Of a stretch of 64,000 nucleotides of DNA, positions 11,191-24,348 are shown piece by piece; position 1 is the stretch's first letter; each line of letters starts with the position of its first letter. Below the pieces are notes generated by a model. That model saw only the letters and a program-made list of their open reading frames with translations. It ran no database searches and was not told the origin of the DNA. The position numbers and the translations under genes were made by a program. The DNA is from Macrostomum lignano. Lineage: Eukaryota. The stretch lies in the NCBI GenBank assembly GCA_002269645.1, contig NIVC01000202.1, positions 248,001-312,000 on the forward strand, written 5' to 3'.

Positions 11191-14100
11191 TCTCTTGTGG
11201 GTGCTTGAAATTTGGGGGTCTCTTGCTATCTAGAGATGCTTGCTATCTGGGTTTGGGGGAGGGGGTGCTTGCTATTTGGGGGGGGGGGAACCAGCGGGAT
11301 ACTAGCTATCTGGAGGGGGGTGCTTGCTATTTGAGGGGCTGCTTTCTACCAGGAGATGCTATCTGGGGGTGCTTGCTATCGGGGGGGGGGATTCTTGCAA
11401 TTTATGAGAAATGCCTGCTGTATTCTTTGTGTAGGCTTTATTTTGTTGTGACCTTTTGTTACTTTTTGAAAAAAAAGATTAATAGCAAGCATCTTTGTCG
11501 ATGACAATTTTACTCGAATAAGGTGATTTATAAAACTGAAGAAGGAATTGGTTTTTAAGAAAGTGTGAATTTTGCTATGGGATTAAATAGGACGCAAAAA
11601 TACAAGTATATAGTTAGCAAGGGGATTACTGAGTGAGTTAAATGGTAATTCTTCCTAAGAGGGGGGACGACAACTGCAATCTGGCAGTGAAACTCTAGCT
11701 TTTAACATGATTGCTCAACCTCAATCTCTATATGCAGGTATATGAGCGCCTACTCGCTTTGAAATTTGTACTATTCTATTCTTATGAGCAAAACTGCGCA
11801 GAACTAAAGCGAAATGGATTGGACTTGTACACTGGACTGGACAAGTACCTGTAATTAGCTAATTCATTTATAACTACTAGTAGCAGTAATAAGTACATTC
11901 GAGAGAGCGTAAATGGAAATACGAGTAATAAATTAGTTGGCCAATTCATACATGAAATCAATCAGCGAATTTGGCTGTCGAGAAGCCATCTTAGTTTGCT
12001 ATGCATCCTGCGTTGGTCGAGGGCTGCGTTTTGATGTCATCTGATCGGATATGAAAGCCTCAACTAGACGACTACTGCGTCAATAGCCGAAAAAATAACG
12101 CAGAATCGGAGAAGACAGGGGAGAATATATGAAGCATTTTGACATTCGCGTGCATCCTTTGTGTATACTGATTCTCTTTCCCGCAGACGCTCCGACAACA
12201 GGGCTGAAAAGCAAATAGGGGAATGTCAGTGTCATAGGCTGAGCTTTGGGCAAAGGCAATTAGCCTGAGCTCATTTGGAGCTCAGATTCATCTACCTCAG
12301 CTCTCACTTGCAGTGCAACAGATGAATAGCAGTTATAGAGAGAGACCTTTCTCCCAGCAGACAGCCTTTAATCTGAGCATGATAATTGACTTCTCTATAG
12401 CTTCGTATCGGATGTCTCACCATCTAAAATTTTGCTTCTAATCTACAACTGTCTTTATCAGAGCCTTTCAATCTGCTCCAGACTTTCCTGCACTCCTCAG
12501 CTCGCAGACGTGTATTTTTGGTCGCACTTGGAAAAGCACAGTATCAGTCATGTGGGCGTGACGTGCGAGACTTTGAAGGACTCTCTTTCCCGAGATCTCG
12601 CTAGATCGTAGTGGGAAAGCGGCTTTCGAGTGGTGGGGAAATCGTCATGCCCGTCTTACCCCGCCTGAGTCGTTTCGAATATGCTCACAGGCCGCTCCCT
12701 ATTGGTTGGGAAGCTGAGCTCTCAACGAGTGCTTAGTCTGCAGTCTGCCTGCGAATAAATTGTGTCTAATGCGAGACTGCTGCAGATGCGAGCCGTCTTG
12801 TTGGAAACACTAAAATAAAGGACACACGAGTACAAAGGTGAACATGGATTACTACTCAAGTCGTATCAATATACGAGTGGTAAGTTGCACTAAATTCCTC
12901 ATGCAAAACCAGATTTCGCCGCGGTACACGTACGATTGCTTTTTCACACGGGCCTAAATTCAGCCGTAAGCCTTTAATACTCTTGACGACTGATGGATAT
13001 CACAAGGCACTGTAGATCTGAAAGCTTAACGTTATCGGTTTGCATTCTCTTGGTAAGAGAGAATAAGGCACATTAATCCTAACGGCACAACGATGGCATG
13101 AAGCTAATTTTTGCGTGATTACACGGCTTGTGAGATCATTTTTTAGCTTTGTACCTCAATTGCATGATGTTATCAATGGCGGTGTGGTATTAAATTACCG
13201 ACGATGGTTCTGTTCCTTGAAGTCCTAGCACACTCTATGTTCAGAAAGGTCCCGGCGATAATGACGTATGTTTAATATATTATTCAAGTTTTTGTAACTT
13301 TATAATGCACTTCTCTAGCTGACGCCCCACATCTTTGTAGTTTACGCCTCACGGCTGTGAGATATTCCTTCAACCAAGCTGTTGTTGTTGTATGAAAATG
13401 ACCAATATTTCCTTTAATAGGTAGGTTACCCTGTCTTTCATTTCCCTGTTCTGTGGTATCTTGAAGAAAAAACTTTAGAATTATATTTAGAATTGAAAGA
13501 AATAGCGAGGGGGATAAAATCCCTTTTATGATATTAAAAACCGGCAGATAAGGAAATTTCTAATTAATCTGTTGGGAGACGGCGACTGAATCTCGTCCAG
13601 AGAGACTCTAACCTCTTAATGTGATGTCCGATTTCCGTTTCGGAATCCTGGAACTCAGCTTTGCACAGCTAAGGATTTGTAAAGGCAGTGCGTCATCTTG
13701 TCAATATCCGATCATCCTGGTGTTCATTATGTAGAAAATAATCTTAGCTGAATTTTTTTCAGGTCCTCAGCGTAGTTCCACACGCAATGGTATTCATGTA
13801 GTTTTCCATCGATCACCTTTTCTGAGCTGCCTCTCTTTTTCAAAGAACTTCTTAGCCTTTTACAGTTGTCCCTTCTATCTGAGTAAACAAATATCAGCAT
13901 TTTTTGCCTGAAAACTAAGTCATCCTTCAACCTGCTACTCAACTTAAATATAGCCTACGAGATTTTCCGAACAGGGCAAATGCACGTTTGGTCCGAGTTG
14001 GTGTCACAAGTTTATCAGTAAGAAATACGAGTTTAAAAAACTTGTCTCGCCAAACTGATTTCAGAACTCGATACAGAATTCCATAAATATAAAGTTATTG

Positions 14101-14416
14101 ATAGTAAAAAAACAAGTGACGATTTTAAACTAAACCATCAACCATTAATAAAATTCAATTAATTTGACGCTCTTGTCCTTAATTAAGGTTTTCCGTCTTG
14201 GTCAAGAGCTAAATTATAAGTACTAGGAGTACTTTTTAACAGTAAAAATCAAATAGAAACTAACTTGGAGGAAGAAGTGACTACCTCTATTAATTTATCT
14301 CGGTAATATAATTTGCAGTGAAAACTGGCCTACATTTGAAATTTGAATCATTGCTAGCACTTTATCAAGCTCGCTTTTTAACGCCAATCGAATGCAACGT
14401 TTCTCCCCTCCAGAAC

Positions 14417-16365
14417 ATGCCCGACTCAATGATTGAGGAAGTCATGCAATCTGAGCGGCAGTACTTCCAGCAGGTTTCGCCAACCGAGTGGGTTGTAGTC
14501 ACAATCCAGCTGTTGATCCTGATGGTTTCGCTGCTCGGTAATGGGCTATTTCTGTGCATCGTCGGGTGCAACCGGGCTCTGCGACGCCGAGTCTCGTGCC
14601 TGATGCTCAACCTGAGCTGCTCGAGCCTGTTTGTGAGCCTGGTCTGCATTCCTGACCGGATTGCCATGATAATTAGCAAAGGGCATCCGCTTGGTGACGC
14701 TGGATGCAAAGCGTCCGCTTTCATTCACGGTGAGCCAGTTGCCCTATCAGTCTTGTTCAGTTTTGGTGATTTAGTTAAAGTAAATTTAACTTTTATATAT
14801 TTTTCTTCGATAAAACCTGCCTCCAAAAATACTTACTTACTTACAAAGATATCAACTCAAGATACTTAAGCAGAGTATTAGTTGGCAGTCTATAGCTATT
14901 CATATCTTGCTCTAAAAACCTCGTACTGGATACAAGGACCACTAGAAGTTACCGTTGTATCAGAACGCAACACTCGTAAATATTGCAAAATTGTTTGAAG
15001 GCCCGCTTGTTTGCATTACAGCTAAACTTTAAATGCTCAAATGCATACAACCGTAACTTCTAGTGGTCCCTGACTAGCTACTTTTTCAGATTTTTCATTG
15101 GAGTAGATAAGTCTTATCAAAACTGAAAAACCTTTGTTGATTCGTTGGCAGCATTCGCCATACTGCTGAATACCCTGTCGCTGGTCTTCATGGCGATAAT
15201 TCGAGCCCGGATGAGCGCCGCGGTGCAGGCCGGTGCCAGCCGCCTTGCCAGCAGCACTCTCGCTGCCAGCGTAGCCTTCTGCTGGACTCTGGCCTTGGCG
15301 CTGTCCGCTCCGGCCCTGTTCATTAACTCGCTGCGGATTATTCGGCTGCACAGGGTCGAGAACTTGTCGCTCAACCAGACTGAAAAGTACTTCGACACGC
15401 CCTATCAGTACTGCACTGAGACCTGGCCGGAAGAACAATTCGCTAAACAGATTGTTTCACTGGCGCTGCTCATTGCCCTGGCCATCTGCCCGTTGGCCGT
15501 CATTTTCCTCAGCTATGGCATCGTGGCGCGGGCCATCCTGCGCCATTTTTCCCGTCTGGAAAGTCAGCGCACGGCTGCTGTCACGTATGAGCTGGGCTTG
15601 CCAGAAGACGAGGCGGTCGAGATTTGCGTCTCCGCCATGCCAGCTTCGAGTCAGGAAAAACAGTTTCAAACTTCGTCTACAAGGTGACTGGCTGGCACAG
15701 AAGTGCAAAGTACTAATTGTACTCTTTAGCGCATGTTCACTTCCCCATGAGCAATTAGTTGCAGCCCACGCGTTCATGAAGTTTGGTTGTCTGAGTAATT
15801 ATCCTAGAGCACTTGGTGACCCGAGCAGGTCCCCAGGCAGACAAAGTATAGACGGAGTATTTACCATCGTACTACATAAATGAGTTGGAACCCATCGATC
15901 AGGCAGTTGTCTTAATTAACCTTTTATCTCCTTGCTTAATTTAGGAACCCTGCCCTTTGCGGGTCGAGTTCTCGTGGTCCTCAGCAGCAGCTAATGACGC
16001 AGCAGCAGCAGCAGCAGCAGCAGCTAATGACGCAGCAGCAACTGCCGCCATCGTTGGACGCCGGCACCCACAGGCGCGCTCTCCGGACGATAATAATTCT
16101 GGTTGCTTGCTTCTTCCTTTGCTGGCTGCCCAAAGAGCTTCTAATTATGTTGCAAAACTTCTTCTGGAGCAAGCCAAGTCAGTACGGCCGCCCCGCTGCT
16201 GACGGCAGCTGGCTGAGCAACATGCTTGAGTACGCGACCACTCTGCAGTACGCGCACGCCGCCTTGTCAGCCTTCCTCTATCCCTACCTCAGCTCTGACT
16301 ATCGAGCCCGGCTAAACCAGCTGATGCACCGGCTTTGCCGACCCTGTCGCCGGCAACTAATTTGA
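14417..16365 (+). CDS. Class A (rhodopsin-like) GPCR, neuropeptide-receptor-like, with non-canonical motifs; exons 14417-14729, 15152-15683, 15945-16365
   Basis: Seven hydrophobic segments with GN (TM1), C3.25, W4.50/P4.59, ECL2 YCTETWP and CWLP (TM6). Phase-1 and phase-2 junctions are compatible. After splicing, R3.50 lies exactly 25 residues after C3.25, which supports the junction. Confidence 0.88.
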
Positions 16366-19226
16366 GCTGCTCAGAGATGATCAAGCAAAAGCGCAGCCGA
16401 TCTTCATCTTCAATGCAAACTGCAGAAGTGACGGCCTGTCATCCTGTCAATTTCGAGAGACACAAAAATCACTCCCCTCCTCGTATAGCGTATGAGATAA
16501 GAGAGAACAGCGCTGACTACAAAATCCCCACGCCTCTAATCCTTGTCCCTAATGCCATTCCGTATTGTTACTTTTCATCTTGTTGCTTTTTTCTTGTTCC
16601 GAATCTTGTTTTTATCTCTCTGCTTCTGTCCCACGCAGTACTTTTCAACATCAAAGCTGTAAATCTGCATTAGCTCAGGACGGCTCCGACTGCGAAGTCC
16701 CCAGAAACTGTTCGTCGACTCTTTTCCTGCCGCGCTTCGACAGTCAATAGATGATTTAGCCAGCAGAAGACCGAGTGCTTGGGGCTGGGAATTTTCCCGG
16801 CTTTCTTTGACAACGCCATCGCAGAAGCAAAGGCTACTCAGCTCTGCTTCCCTGCCTGTAATTCACAATTAAAGCATCCAATTCCATAAGCAGATTTTGC
16901 CGATTGACTCGGAGACTCGAATTATCGTCTTATTTCTCTGCCAGGCTATAATTATAGAACGGATCTACCAGCAGCCTTTGTATTTGATTCCATGCGCCCG
17001 CATGAATCGGGCCCAAATTAGCAGGCTCGTGATCGATTGAATTATTTGGGAGGGTCATATCTTGCATGATTCTATATGCATTGTTGCTTTAGAGACATTT
17101 AATTTGATTTATATGGAAAATTATTCAAATTATCATTACCCATATGTTACTTTCTTGTTTAAATATGTTTTGTTTGCCTAAATGTTTAAACGAAACAAAA
17201 CAAATAAATTTTGTTTACCCTCGACTTTGAAAAATCGTTATTATAGCCGGCTATTTAAACTGCTTTCAACTATATGTGATTAAAAACTAAAAAATGATGA
17301 GTATAAACTTGAAAGTATAAACTTCAAGTATAAACTTGAAGATAGAGAAAAAAGAATTTTTTTCGTTTAACAATAATATAAAAGTCAGACAAGTCCCAAC
17401 CCCAATGCAACAGAAATTTATTTAAACTCTGCTTTTGTTTTACAGTTCTTTAATTAAAACAATCAATAATTAAAAAAAGTCACTTGAAAAGATTTAAACA
17501 GATTTCAAGGGTTCAACGAGGTTTAGAAAAAAGATTTTATTTAGCATAGAAGATTACAACAATTAATTTGTATGACAGCTTCTGTAATTTGTTTTACATT
17601 GCCAGGAGTGTCAGTTAACATGCTGCAAGCATGGCGTAGACGATCGAGCATTATAATTTTGAATCTTAATTTTTACAATTTTTAACAAAATTAATGGTGA
17701 TACGAGCTAGAACGAAAATTTCAAAACTATTTTTGACTGGGAACTGGGAATGTTGCCTCGCTGTCTCTGGGAGCGAACAGTATTTCCTGGCTCCTGCTTA
17801 TGCTACAATGACATTTCTTACGGGTGTTCAGAATAACCTCTTCAGAATAACAAAAATAACAAAATGAGTAAGTTATAGTAGCTTATTAATTGTCACTGAT
17901 CTTTGAACCTTTGAATCACAAAATGTTATGATAGCCCCGTAGACTAACATTTTTTTAAGTAGAAGACAAAAGTCGCCCGAAAAGAATCCTGGTTTTGCTA
18001 TGCTGATAACATTGTTTGTTGAGGTCAAAATGCTCTTTGAAGATAGAGAAATGGTGACAGTCGAACGTCTGGCGACTTCCAAGTACAATTGGCACGCCAA
18101 GTCTCCCACCCTTGAACTCGCTTGAACTAACCCAGAATTAATCCCGATAATCCCTTTGCTACCATTGAATTTTTCTAATTGCAAGAAAATCCGGTATGGT
18201 GGCAGCTCTACAGTGATTTTCTGATTGCAAAAGAAGAGGAGACTGAAAGCAATTGGTGAGTCTGCAGCGCTTTGCTAATTAATGTACTTCTTCAGCCAGT
18301 ATTCGCTTTGCTCGGAGACCGTAAAACCCGCAGGCTGAGAGCACAAACGAGCATAAACAGCTCTAAATTTAGAATTTTTTAATCCTAAAGATTATGAAGA
18401 CTTTGGAAAGGATCGAATGAAAAATTTGATTTTGTTGAAACACTACCCACTCTGCATGTCAGCTAATTATAGAAATGAGCGGGAGGCTACAGCGTCTGCA
18501 CGTGAGCTGGCATCATTCTTTTTGCCGATGTCTATGGCCGAAGTATCAACTTGCTTGCCTTTTAATTATCAGTCTACCGCGTCTATGTCTATGGGCAAGA
18601 TGGAATATAATGGCACTGCTGCCAAATGGAAATTCTCAACTTGGTCGGCTTATGTATAGCGCAACCCTCAGAGAAAAGCTACAAAAGACTACAAAAAAAC
18701 TAAAATAAATCGGATGGATTGCCAAATCATTTTACAACTCTTTATCATGCAAAGGCTGTTCAATATTTTGACCAAAGTACACGATTTAATTCCATCCAAT
18801 ATACTAAAAGTGAGTGTACGTGTGTCTGTGACACGCTTGAAAGCGAACCGTTTGACCGATTTTATTCATTTTCTTCTTTTAAATGGCCTTCTTCAAGCTG
18901 TGTGGCACTGATACGTTTGCTAAACGCTTGCTGTGCACGGAGCAGATCTTGGAGCAGATGTCCATCAAAGGGTGAATTTCCCCCCAAGGGGGGCTTATCG
19001 TGCTAGTTTGTCATCTGAAAATTTGATTTATCCATGCTTTTAGAGAAGAACCTCAGTTAAGACGAGTTCATTAATGGCAAGGTGTTTAAATTGACTTGCA
19101 CTCTTTCAGGTTTGAATCGGAAAAGGTGCACCGTAGCTATCTTAATTTCTTCCTTGCCCTAAAGCAAAAGTTAATAGTTATGGAGTTTTCGCAAGAACTG
19201 TCAATTACTTTTACTTGATCAATTAT

Positions 19227-19890
19227 TTATAGCGCAGGGGAGGCGCTGCCGAGGCGCTGACGGGCAGGCGACCGAGCTCCCGCGATGTCAGCAGTTCATC
19301 TACCTTGGCGGTCTGGTTCCAGGCGCTCGCGAGGACCTGCGACGCCGCCGCGGGCTTGCCTGGGCTGCCTTTCGTTCTGTGAGGGCAGTCCTGCAGTCCC
19401 AGGCCCTACCGGACCGCCAGAGGGCGGCGCTGTTCCAGGCGGTAATCGAGACCGTCCTGCTCTACAACGCCGAGACCTGGACGCTGACGGACTCACTCGA
19501 ACAGCAAGTCGATGCGGCGCACGCTGGCCTGCTGCGCGCCGCCTTCAACATCGGCGTCGAGCGAGTCAACAACGCGGCACTCTATCGCCGCGCTGGCCTG
19601 CCACGTCCAAGCGATCTACTGCGCCGTCGGCGACTCCAGCTCGCAGGCCATCTCATCCGCGCCGAGTCGTACTGCCCACAGCCGGTGCAGGAGGTGCTGC
19701 TGCTCACGCTGCAGGCACCCTACCGGTGAGGTCAAGCGCGAACTCGGCGTTACGTCGACTGTCTGCTGGCTGACTCCGGCGCCCCGGACACTGCCGGTGG
19801 CGCGGCCTTTGTTCGCGCCCAAGCCATGAAGCGCGCCCTGTGACGTTGACTTTTGCCATCCTGACAGCGTATTTTGTTGTGTTGTTGTTG
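19227..19890 (+). mobile_element. 5'-truncated RTE-clade non-LTR retrotransposon
   Basis: Frame reads QFIYLGG...RRGLAWAAF...VLLYNAETWTLT...RRRRLQLAGHLIR, the RT C-terminus typical of RTE elements. It has a (TTG)n tail, a 12-bp TSD TTGATCAATTAT at 19215-19226 and 19891-19902, and an in-frame TGA at 19727-19729. Confidence 0.9.
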
Positions 19891-21321
19891 TTGATCAATT
19901 ATAAATAAAGTTTTTGAGTGCTATGCTAAATATCTATATGAATCATCTAGCGGTATGATGCCACTACGGAAGTGTGGCTTAACAGTACGAGTAGAACTAC
20001 GAGCTACCAAGAGAGGGAATCCCCCCTGACAACTTTTTTTTGCTGCGCCGGAGCAGAGCAATACAGGCACATGAAATTCAAGAACACGGCCTAAATTTTT
20101 GTTGTGCACCTTCTCAAACAATAATCAAGTTGCCAGCTCTACGGACCGTCGAGATATTTGACGATTGAACTGCCAGAAGGTCGGGTTTTTTCCATAAGCG
20201 CCAGTGTATTCAGTACATCCCTGTGCGCCAATCACCACTGCGCCTCAGTACAGCCTTGCCAAGCCTCCAAATTTCATCAGCAAGTCGACCACATGTGTCT
20301 GCATCAGCTCTGACTGGTCAGTCCAGCTCGATGAATAAGTTGATAACGGCCATCCCACAGCAAGTTGGTTAGATCTGTTTATAAAATTCTGGCGGCGCTG
20401 TGTGCTCTCTTAAAAATATACAGGGTCTTTCCTCCAATTTTGGCCATAGACAACTGATTGACCAATGCATTCTATGGGACTGGCCATTGACATGAAGTGT
20501 TTACGAATCGTCATTTACCTGTTTCGGCCATAGACAATTCAACCAATGCAGCTAAATGAAGCGAGAGTTTAAGTTACTGGCCGAGGTCACGAGTGACTGC
20601 GGCGTGCTGAGGATGTCTATGGCCAAAACTAATTGATTCAGTGCGACGAGACTGTTATTCTCTAAGCTACTGCTTGCTAGCCGGCTTAATAAATCTCCAA
20701 TTAAGGTAGTGAAGGACTCAGAAGTCGACTCGTGCTCACCAGCCAATAGTAATTAGTATTTATTCAACCGAATAAATCTGATAGAGCTCCTGCGCTTTCC
20801 CATGAAGTCTAGAAAATTAAAAATCACAGCGGGTGGTGGCGATGATGTCGTGACACTGACAAATTAATTTGTTTCTTTCTGCTGCTGCATGGAAATTAGT
20901 TTTTTTTAATCAAAATACAGCCTCACAATAGGCCGGAACTGCGCTTTGTTTTTGTGGTCCAATTAAAAAAATTAAAAAATAATTAATATTTTGTACACAA
21001 TTGAAACAATTTCTTTTACAACCATATTATCATAGGATGAGAAACAGTTTTATTTTAACACTAAGCACACGATTGTCTGCTAAGAGTAGACGTAGAAGGT
21101 CATAAAGGTCGTTTACTTTTCTACAGCTTTAGTATTTGAATTTTACTCAGAAATTGGTGGGCCTGTTTAAAGGGTCTGCCTCTTCTTGAATGAAAAACTC
21201 CAATGGATAAAAGTGATCATTCGGGGGGACATTTGGGGGGAAATAACATCCGCATCGCTTTTTACAGCCCTTTTTCCTTTCATATTTTGACTAAATTGCA
21301 CCTGATGAAAATTATTTTCCA

Positions 21322-23070
21322 CTAAGGCAGAAAGACAATGCAACTAAAGCAGAAAGACAATGCAATTAAAGCAGAAAGACAATGCAATTAAGGCAGAAAG
21401 ACACTGCAACTAAGGCAGAAAGACAATGCAACTAAGGCAGAAAGACAATGCAACTAAGGAAGAAAGACAATGCAACTAAGGCAGAAAGACAATGCAAGTA
21501 AGGCAGAAAGACAATGCAACTAAGGCAGAAAGACAATGCAACTAAGGCAGAAATACAATGCCACGAAGGCAGAAAGACAATGCAACTAAGGCAGAAAGAC
21601 AATGCAACTTAGGTAGAAAGACAATGCAACTAAAACAGAAAGACACTGCAACTAAGGCAGAAAGACAATGCAACTAAGGCAGAAAGACAATGCAACTAAG
21701 GCAGAAAGACAATTAAACTAAGGCAGAAAGACAATACAACGAAGGCAGAAAGACAATGCAACTAAGGAAGAAAGACAATGCAACTAAGGCAGAAAGACAA
21801 TGCAACTAAGGCAGAAAGACAATACAACGAAGGCAGAAAGACAATGCAACTTAGGCAGAAAGACAATGCAACTTAGGCAGAAAGACAATGCAACTAAGGC
21901 AGAAAGACAATGCAACTAAGGAAGAAAGACAATGCAACTAAGGCAGAAAGACAATGCAAGTAAGGCAGAAAGACAATGCAACTAAGGCAGAAAGACAATG
22001 CAACTAAGGCAGAAATACAATGCAACGAAGGCAGAAAGACAATGCAACTAAGGCAGAAAGACAATGCAACTTAGGTAGAAAGACAATGCAACTAAAACAG
22101 AAAGACACTGCAACTAAGGCAGAAAGACAATGCAACTAAGGCAGAAAGACAATGCAACTAAGGCAGAAAGACAATTAAACTAAGGCAGAAAGACAATACA
22201 ACGAAGGCAGAAAGACAATGCAACTAAGGAAGAAAGACAATGCAACTAAGGCAGAAAGACAATGCAACTAAGGCAGAAAGACAATACAACGAAGGCAGAA
22301 AGACAATGCAACTTAGGCAGAAAGACAATGCAACTTAGGCAGAAAGACAATACAACGAAGGCAGAAAGACAATGCAACTTAGGCAGAAAGACAATGCAAC
22401 TAAGGCAGAAAGACACTGCAACTAAGGCAGAAAGACAATGCAACTAAGGAAGAAAGTCAATGCAAATAAGGCAGAAAGACAATGCAACTTAGGTAGAAAG
22501 ACACTGCAACTAAGGCAGAAAGACAATGCAACTAAGGCAGAAAGACAATGCAACTAAGGAAGAAAGACAATGCAACTAAGGCAGAAAGACAATGCAACTA
22601 AGGCAGAAAGACAATGCAACTAAGGCAGAAAGACAATGCAACTAAGGCAGAAAGACAATGCAACTTAGGCAGAAAGACAATGCAACTAAGGCAGAAAGAC
22701 AATGCAACTAAGGCAGAAAGACAATGCAACTTAGATAGAAAGACAATGCAACTAAGGCAGAAAGACAATGCAACTAAGGCAGAAAGACAATGCAACTAAG
22801 GCAGAAAGACAACGCAACTAAGGCAGAAATACAATGCAACTAAGACAGAAAGACAATGCACCTTAGATAGAAAGACAATGCAACTTAGGTAGAAATACAA
22901 TGCAACTAAGGCAGAAATAGAATGCAACTAAGGCAGAAATACAATGCAACTAAGGCAGAAATACAATGCAACTAAAACAGAAAGACAATGCAACTAAGGC
23001 AGAAAGACAATGCAACTAAGGCAGAAAGACAATGCAACTAAGGCAGAAAGACAATGCAACTAAGGCAGAA
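21322..23070. repeat. 22-bp minisatellite (AAGGCAGAAAGACAATGCAACT), ~80 copies, with a ~460-bp higher-order duplication
   Basis: Direct reading. The rare GCAAGT variant occurs at 21494 and 21956, followed by the same order of variants. Confidence 0.97.
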
Positions 23071-23279
23071 AACTGCAAATGCAAATGAAAATTATTGCGG
23101 TTGCGCTCTGTAACTGGATTTAGACGGTTTTTGCATACCATAGAAACGAGGTTTTTGCCATAGCCAAAACGTCTGGAAAATTCCACTGAATACTCTGTTG
23201 AAAATCCGGCTGAGAAACGAGTGTAGCGGCCACTTTAGTTGACCACATACTAATAATCATATTTGGATAATTAAGGGTA

Positions 23280-23545
23280 CTAAGGGCACCATGGCCCCAC
23301 GCTTTAAGCGACATCGTCCCCTGAGGCAATTCTGCCCATTCCGCTGACTCCTCAGCACATGCAGGCCGCCAATACTGTGCTCAGGCACGCACTCAGACAC
23401 GCTCACACAGAGTGTACAGCAGCCCTGACTTTCTAATCGTCAGGCATGTACACTCTCCGTGCCTTGGGGGTTGGCCCTCAAGCACGTGACACCGATAGTC
23501 AGAAGCGTTTACCACTGATCGGCCCCGCCACTTTCAGATTGACCA
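23280..23545 (-). mobile_element. SINE-family copy with the shared core and a divergent or degenerate head
   Basis: The reverse complement matches the body of 5577-5944 (AGTGTACATGCCT...GAGTCAGCGGAATGGGCAG...GTCGCTTAAAG). Confidence 0.7.
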
Positions 23546-24348
23546 ATAGCTGAAATGCAGAACAAAATTCACACGCGAACCTTTAAATATAAGCCAAACA
23601 ACGACCGTTTTGAAATGCCGCAAATTATAGCGAGGTCGCGTGCGCGCGATGCCTATTTTTGTATTTGTTATTTTGCTTCGTGAAAACAACAGATAAACAG
23701 CGCGCGGCTCTTTTCCGAGACCGCTTCGCAAATATGTAAGGAATTCGCTGAAAGCAAATAAAGCTTTCGGAAACTTAATGACTCAGTCACTGCTCCTTTT
23801 GTAGAAGCAGATAGATCAACAGAACAGTTTGGAATTTTTGCACAGCACATGTCCACTGTGAAGTTGCAACTTTTGCTTCCTTTGTCAACATGCATAGAAT
23901 ACAGCTGGGCGAGGGCATGAAAAATACTAACGTCTTTGCGGACAGGATCCACTACTGAACAGGTGCTAATACTATTCATATAGGATATAGAGGTAATTCA
24001 GCTGCGAGAGCTCGTAGGAAAAAGTCTTGATAAGTGACAATAATATAGTAATATACACTGATTAGGGACAAATAATGCGCAGATTTGTAACTAAGAAATC
24101 TACAGGTTAATTGCAAGATGAGGTAATTAGCTTTGAATTTATCGATGTACACGTAGAAATTACAATATAAATATGATTGACTGACTGGACAAAATAAAAA
24201 CCAAATGTTCTCTTGGATTTGTCTTTGAGTTCAGTGTTCCAACTAAAGCGGTTGAGGGGTTGTCGTTGAATAAAATATGAACACAACATTATAATTATTA
24301 TATAAACGAATTGTAAATTTTTGTCGATCTGGAGTTACAAGTCGGTTT

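Noticed and set aside
10825-11504. Repetitive proteins (DACHLG, MASISQ, CLPSGR) and the similar long ORFs at 24321-25346, 28527-29365, 34123-34929, 37370-38416, 47915-48875, 53015-54541 and 57885-58721
   Set aside because: These are stop-free readings of tandem repeats, open in several frames and on both strands.
12548-12807. Solo LTR (TGT...AATAAA...ACA)
   Set aside because: No matching target-site duplication and no second copy in the window. It could equally be promoter-like DNA.
17873-18184. Coding exon or transposase remnant
   Set aside because: No family motif recognised in any frame.
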